DNA of 60,948 nucleotides from Chlamydiota bacterium (GTDB lineage Bacteria; Chlamydiota; Chlamydiia; Chlamydiales; SLFE01): NCBI GenBank assembly GCA_011065065.1, contig JAAKFL010000001.1, positions 1 to 60,948 of the forward strand, read 5' to 3'. Shown piece by piece: positions 57,154 to 60,948 of this stretch (position 1 is its first letter; each line of letters starts with the position of its first letter). The notes under the pieces were generated by a model. It saw only the letters and a program-made list of their open reading frames with translations, ran no database searches and was not told where the DNA came from. The position numbers and the translations under genes were made by a program.

Positions 57154-57885
57154 TTATTCCTCATCTTCTTCCAACCATTTTTCAATGTAAGGGACAAATT
57201 CCTCATACTCAGCTAACGCCTCAATAAAACCTGTAATTTTGCCTTCAGCAAGCTGATCTTGAAGAAACGCCAAAAATTTATCTTCTATTTGAAAACGGTT
57301 TTGATTTTGTACTTCCATAAGCGACATTTTCTTGATGTAGTGGCGCTTAAAATCATCAATCACTGCGTTTTTACTATTAAACAATTTCCCGTTCAATGCC
57401 GAGGTGTAGACCGTCTTGGAAATCGGTGCCTTTGCCGATTTCGTCTTCTCTGCATAGTCCTTGATCACATCCGGGTCCTCCGATACAAAAAACCGCTTGA
57501 CTCGTAACCCCCCAACACGCTCCGTATTCTCAGGACACTTCGAAACCCAATCATAGATCGCATCCTGCGGATTAGGATGGGTGTTATCCCCAAAAACCTT
57601 CCCTGTAAAAGGACAGATGTAAATCTTTTTTGTATTTTCATTCACATCTTCAAGACTGAAACGAATCTTGATCTCCGTCTCCTTCCAAAGCTTCCCATCT
57701 TCCTCCAGAGCCCCGACCAACTTGTCAATTCCACTGTAAATCGTCTTGTCCCGAGGAAATAACACAGGTTGAATGTTAAGTTTTTTTTCGATAAAACGAA
57801 GGTAGGTATTAATTAACTCCGGGTTACTGGTGTCAGTAAGGTATTTCAATACGGCCGTTTTTTGGTCCTTACTTATTTTCGTCAT
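57154..57885 (-). CDS. hypothetical protein
   Basis: 243-aa ORF with an acidic C-terminus; no motif recognised. Confidence 0.6.
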   Translation of the reverse strand: MTKISKDQKTAVLKYLTDTSNPELINTYLRFIEKKLNIQPVLFPRDKTIYSGIDKLVGALEEDGKLWKETEIKIRFSLEDVNENTKKIYICPFTGKVFGDNTHPNPQDAIYDWVSKCPENTERVGGLRVKRFFVSEDPDVIKDYAEKTKSAKAPISKTVYTSALNGKLFNSKNAVIDDFKRHYIKKMSLMEVQNQNRFQIEDKFLAFLQDQLAEGKITGFIEALAEYEEFVPYIEKWLEEDEE

Positions 57886-57990
57886 TGTGACCCCATGATG
57901 TCATTAGTTAAATAAAAAAATAACTTGTGTTGAACTAATTTTACAGGGGGAGAGGTTATAAAACAAGAGGATTTTAAAGAGGAGTCAGGA

Positions 57991-59079
57991 GTGTTGAAAA
58001 CAGATAAAATCAAAATTCAAGAGATCGATATCCCCAACTACGAAAAGGTCATCCACGCGGTCTATCCCACTGTGGGACTCAACTGTTTTATCGCCATCCA
58101 CAACACAACTCTTGGGCCTGCCCTTGGAGGAACCCGCATCTATCCCTACAAAAACGAAGAAAGTGCCCTCGAAGATGTCCTTCTACTCGCCAAGGCCATG
58201 ACTTATAAGTCTGCTTTGGCTGAGACTGGGTTGGGCGGAGGAAAAGCGGTGATCATCGCTAATCCAGAGACGCAAAAGACAAAGAATCTTCTGCTGGCCT
58301 ATGGGGAAGTGGTCAATTATCTGAAAGGAAGGTACATCGCCGCTGAAGATGTAGGATCGACCATCCACGATATGTTGATCGTCAATGAGCAAACGCCCTA
58401 TGTAGCCGCTCTTCCCACTGCTGAAAGTAGTGGCGATCCTTCCCGTTTCACGGCAAGGGGGGTCTACTGGGGGATCAAAGCAGCAGGGAAAACTTTGTGG
58501 GGTTCTGATTCCCTCAAGGATAAAAAAATCGCCATTCAAGGGCTTGGTTCCGTAGGATCAAAGTTAGCGCGACACCTTTTTTGGGAAGGAGCCATTTTGT
58601 ATGTGACCGACCTCGAACAGACTCAAATTCAAAATATTTGTAAGGAGTACAGCGCGGAAGGAGTTGGTCGCGATGAGATTATGCAAATAGAGTGCGATAT
58701 ATTTACTCCTTGTGCCCTCGGAGGAATTCTTAATGAGGAGACTATCCCTCATTTGGCTTGTAAGGGGGTGGCAGGGTCTGCAAACAACCAACTTCTCTAC
58801 AATCACAACGGAACCGATTTGATGGAGAGAGAGATCCTTTATGCTCCAGATTTTGTGATCAATGCCGGCGGCATCATCAATGCTGCTGCGGAATTCGACG
58901 AAGGAGGCTACAGCGCCAGAAAGGCGATGGATCAAACCAATAAAATTTATAATACTCTTCTTGCGATATTTGACATAGCCCACGAAGAGAGAAAACCGAC
59001 GGTCCAGGTCGCTTTTGAGTTAGCTGAATATAAATTAAAAAATAAAATTGGAAAGAGAGAGAAACCAATTACTTTTTAA
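57991..59079 (+). CDS. Leu/Phe/Val-type amino acid dehydrogenase (Glu/Leu/Phe/Val dehydrogenase family)
   Basis: Catalytic-Lys region GLGGGKAVI and the Rossmann motif IQGLGSVGSKLA. The 362-aa size fits leucine dehydrogenase. GTG start after AGGAG. Confidence 0.85.
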   Translation: MLKTDKIKIQEIDIPNYEKVIHAVYPTVGLNCFIAIHNTTLGPALGGTRIYPYKNEESALEDVLLLAKAMTYKSALAETGLGGGKAVIIANPETQKTKNLLLAYGEVVNYLKGRYIAAEDVGSTIHDMLIVNEQTPYVAALPTAESSGDPSRFTARGVYWGIKAAGKTLWGSDSLKDKKIAIQGLGSVGSKLARHLFWEGAILYVTDLEQTQIQNICKEYSAEGVGRDEIMQIECDIFTPCALGGILNEETIPHLACKGVAGSANNQLLYNHNGTDLMEREILYAPDFVINAGGIINAAAEFDEGGYSARKAMDQTNKIYNTLLAIFDIAHEERKPTVQVAFELAEYKLKNKIGKREKPITF

Positions 59080-59105
59080 TTCTCTGTGTCCTTCTGTGAA
59101 AAAAC
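59080..59105 (-). repeat. CACAGAG-type repeat module, reverse orientation
   Basis: ttctctgtgtccttctgtgaaaaaac lies directly after the stop codon. Confidence 0.6.
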
Positions 59106-59177
59106 ATCTCCAGCCCTTGTTCGAAAGGGCCCTATCATGATATTATCTGGCAACGTTCATCATAATACGGTAATGCT

Positions 59178-60929
59178 ATGATCTCTCCATTAAATTTTTT
59201 AACTGAAGAATTTACTAAGGCCACAACGGAGGCGTATCCAGAGCTTCTCGAGCAGGGCACGCAGCCTTTGATTGAAATCAAACCTGCGACGCAGGAACAT
59301 TTTGGTCATTATCAATGCAACTCTGCCATGCGATTGGGAAAAATCTTGAAAATTAATCCTCGCCAAGTGGCTGAAGCCATCGCGTCCTATTTTGATAAAT
59401 CGCCCACTCCTTTGATTCAAAATTTAGAAGTGGCGGGACCTGGCTTTATTAACATTACCTTGGCTCCCCAAAAAGTGGCTGAGCTAGTTGAAACAATCAT
59501 TGATGACCCCCGTCTAGGAATTCCCGATGCAGAAAAGCGTCAAAAAGTTGTGATTGACTTTTCTTCTCCGAATACCGCGAAAGAGATGCATGTGGGTCAC
59601 TTGCGATCGACAATTATTGGGGATGCCATTGCTCGTTTGTTCGAGTTTTTGGGACATGATGTATTGCGCTTGAATCATATTGGTGATTGGGGGACCGCAT
59701 TTGGGATGTTAATCGCTTATATGAAAAAAGAAGTCCCTGAAGTTTTGAAAGGAAACGAGCAGACCGATCTCTCCCATTTAGTGAATTGGTACAAAGCGGC
59801 GAAAAAACAATTTGATGCCGATCCCGAGTTCATGAAGGCGTCTCAGTTGGAAGTTGTGGAGTTGCAAGGGGGAAACCCGGAGTCAATTAAGGCTTGGAAT
59901 ATCATTTGCGTGATCTCACGACAAGCGTATCAGGAGATCTATGATTTGCTTGATGTGAAGCTGACAGAGCGAGGAGAGTCGTTTTATAATCCTTATTTAG
60001 CGGATGTGATTACGGAGCTGGAGAAAAAAGGTTTGGTGACGGTGAGCGAGGGGGCTAAATGTATATTTTTGGAAGGATTTAAAAATCGTGAAGGAGCTCC
60101 TCTTCCTTTGATCATTCAGAAGTCGGACGGAGGATACAATTACGCAACAACTGACTTAGCGGCGATCCGAAATCGTATCTTTGACGAAAAATCGAATCAT
60201 CTGATCTACATTACGGATGCCGGTCAATGCCAGCATTTTAAAATGATCTTTCAAGCAGCGGTTAAAGCGGGTTGGCTGGATCTCAATCGGGTACAAGTAG
60301 AACATGTTCCTTTTGGCCTTGTTTTGGGATCTGATGGAAAGAAATTTAAGACACGATCCGGTGAGACAGAAAAGTTAATTGATCTGATTCAAAATGCCAT
60401 TGAAAAAGCAAAGGAGATCATTCGGGAGAAAAATCCTCAGTACAGCGAAGAGGAAATTAATGACATAGCCAAAGCCTTGGGTATTGGAGCTATCAAGTAC
60501 GCCGATCTTTCGACAAATCGCACCGGTGACTATGTGTTTAGTTATGATAAAATGTTGAAATTTGAAGGGAATACTGCGGCATATTTGTTGTATTCTTATG
60601 TGCGGGTGAATGGGATCAAGCGGAAAGTGGGCAAGGACATCAAAGAAATTCAGGCCCATATTCAGCTGGATCATCCTTCAGAAATGGCTTTGGGAGTTCA
60701 CCTGTTGCAATTTAATGAAGCGTTGGATGCGATGGCGCGGGAGTTATTGCCTAATCGTCTCACCGACTATCTTTATGGTCTTGCGGAAAAGTTTCATGCT
60801 TTTTTTCGAGACTGTCGTGTAGAGGGATCTGAACAGCAGGATTCTCGCCTACTACTCTGTGAAGCTGTTGCCCAGACCATGCGGGCTGGATTGGAGCTTT
60901 TAGGAGTTCATACTGTTGATAGAATGTAA
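59178..60929 (+). CDS. argS: arginine--tRNA ligase
   Basis: SSPNTAKEMHVGHLRS (HIGH region), and a size and C-terminal anticodon-binding region that ends with M, as in ArgRS. Confidence 0.95.
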   Translation: MISPLNFLTEEFTKATTEAYPELLEQGTQPLIEIKPATQEHFGHYQCNSAMRLGKILKINPRQVAEAIASYFDKSPTPLIQNLEVAGPGFINITLAPQKVAELVETIIDDPRLGIPDAEKRQKVVIDFSSPNTAKEMHVGHLRSTIIGDAIARLFEFLGHDVLRLNHIGDWGTAFGMLIAYMKKEVPEVLKGNEQTDLSHLVNWYKAAKKQFDADPEFMKASQLEVVELQGGNPESIKAWNIICVISRQAYQEIYDLLDVKLTERGESFYNPYLADVITELEKKGLVTVSEGAKCIFLEGFKNREGAPLPLIIQKSDGGYNYATTDLAAIRNRIFDEKSNHLIYITDAGQCQHFKMIFQAAVKAGWLDLNRVQVEHVPFGLVLGSDGKKFKTRSGETEKLIDLIQNAIEKAKEIIREKNPQYSEEEINDIAKALGIGAIKYADLSTNRTGDYVFSYDKMLKFEGNTAAYLLYSYVRVNGIKRKVGKDIKEIQAHIQLDHPSEMALGVHLLQFNEALDAMARELLPNRLTDYLYGLAEKFHAFFRDCRVEGSEQQDSRLLLCEAVAQTMRAGLELLGVHTVDRM

Positions 60930-60948
60930 TATATACCCAAACAAATTC

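Noticed and set aside
12-59105. CRISPR array interpretation of the short tandem units
   Set aside because: The units are 8-10 nt, directly abutting and degenerate, with no unique spacers of 25-40 nt. There are only 3-4 units per locus and no cas genes.

Overview
This 61-kb chromosomal window looks like it comes from an environmental (amoeba-associated type) member of the phylum Chlamydiae. All product calls rest on motifs read by eye in the supplied translations; no database search was run.

Evidence for the lineage:
- DNA topoisomerase I carries a C-terminal SWIB domain, a fusion known as a chlamydial hallmark.
- There is a long sigma-70 (sigma-66-like) RpoD.
- The overlapping aspC-mreC pair is present.
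- ThyX is a roughly 550-aa tandem-domain form.
- Two HAAAP (TyrP/Mtr-type) permeases sit in tandem.
- Eukaryote-like domains are dense: three F-box proteins, one ankyrin protein and two Sel1 proteins.

Housekeeping genes recognised: tRNA-Arg(ACG), ahpC, a eukaryotic-type UDP-sugar pyrophosphorylase, mreC, aspC, rpoD, a dinG-like helicase, an SNF-family transporter, sdhCAB, thyX, tyrP x2, trpS, uvrB, topA, dprA, a SEDS (rodA/ftsW) gene, brnQ, a TauE-family gene, pdxST, a DEDDh exonuclease, engB, tsaE, a Leu/Glu-type dehydrogenase and argS.

Accessory content:
1. Two tandem signal-peptide paralogs with an ATP-grasp/TTL-like core (14.0-16.3 kb).
2. An operon of three lineage-specific Cys-rich/Ser-Thr-rich membrane paralogs interleaved with a SixA-like phosphatase (16.7-19.1 kb).
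3. An ankyrin protein next to an acidic protein that carries two NPF-acidic motifs (27.2-29.6 kb).
4. A 9.4-kb island between uvrB and topA. It holds two F-box genes, a methyltransferase-Sel1-Sel1 operon and two large tandem paralogs that share His/Asp/Cys residues at identical spacing. I consider this island the best candidate for an undescribed host-interaction system.

The most striking non-coding signal is a modular family of intergenic repeats.
- They are built from 8-10-nt tandem units in at least five flavours: GCAAAGA, CGCGAAGA, GCAGAT, CACAGAG and ATCCTG.
- They are often paired into long hairpins, including a perfect 44-bp stem with a GAAA loop.
- They lie mostly at gene 3' ends, and they bracket F-box genes.
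- No transposase, integrase, CRISPR array or rRNA gene was seen.
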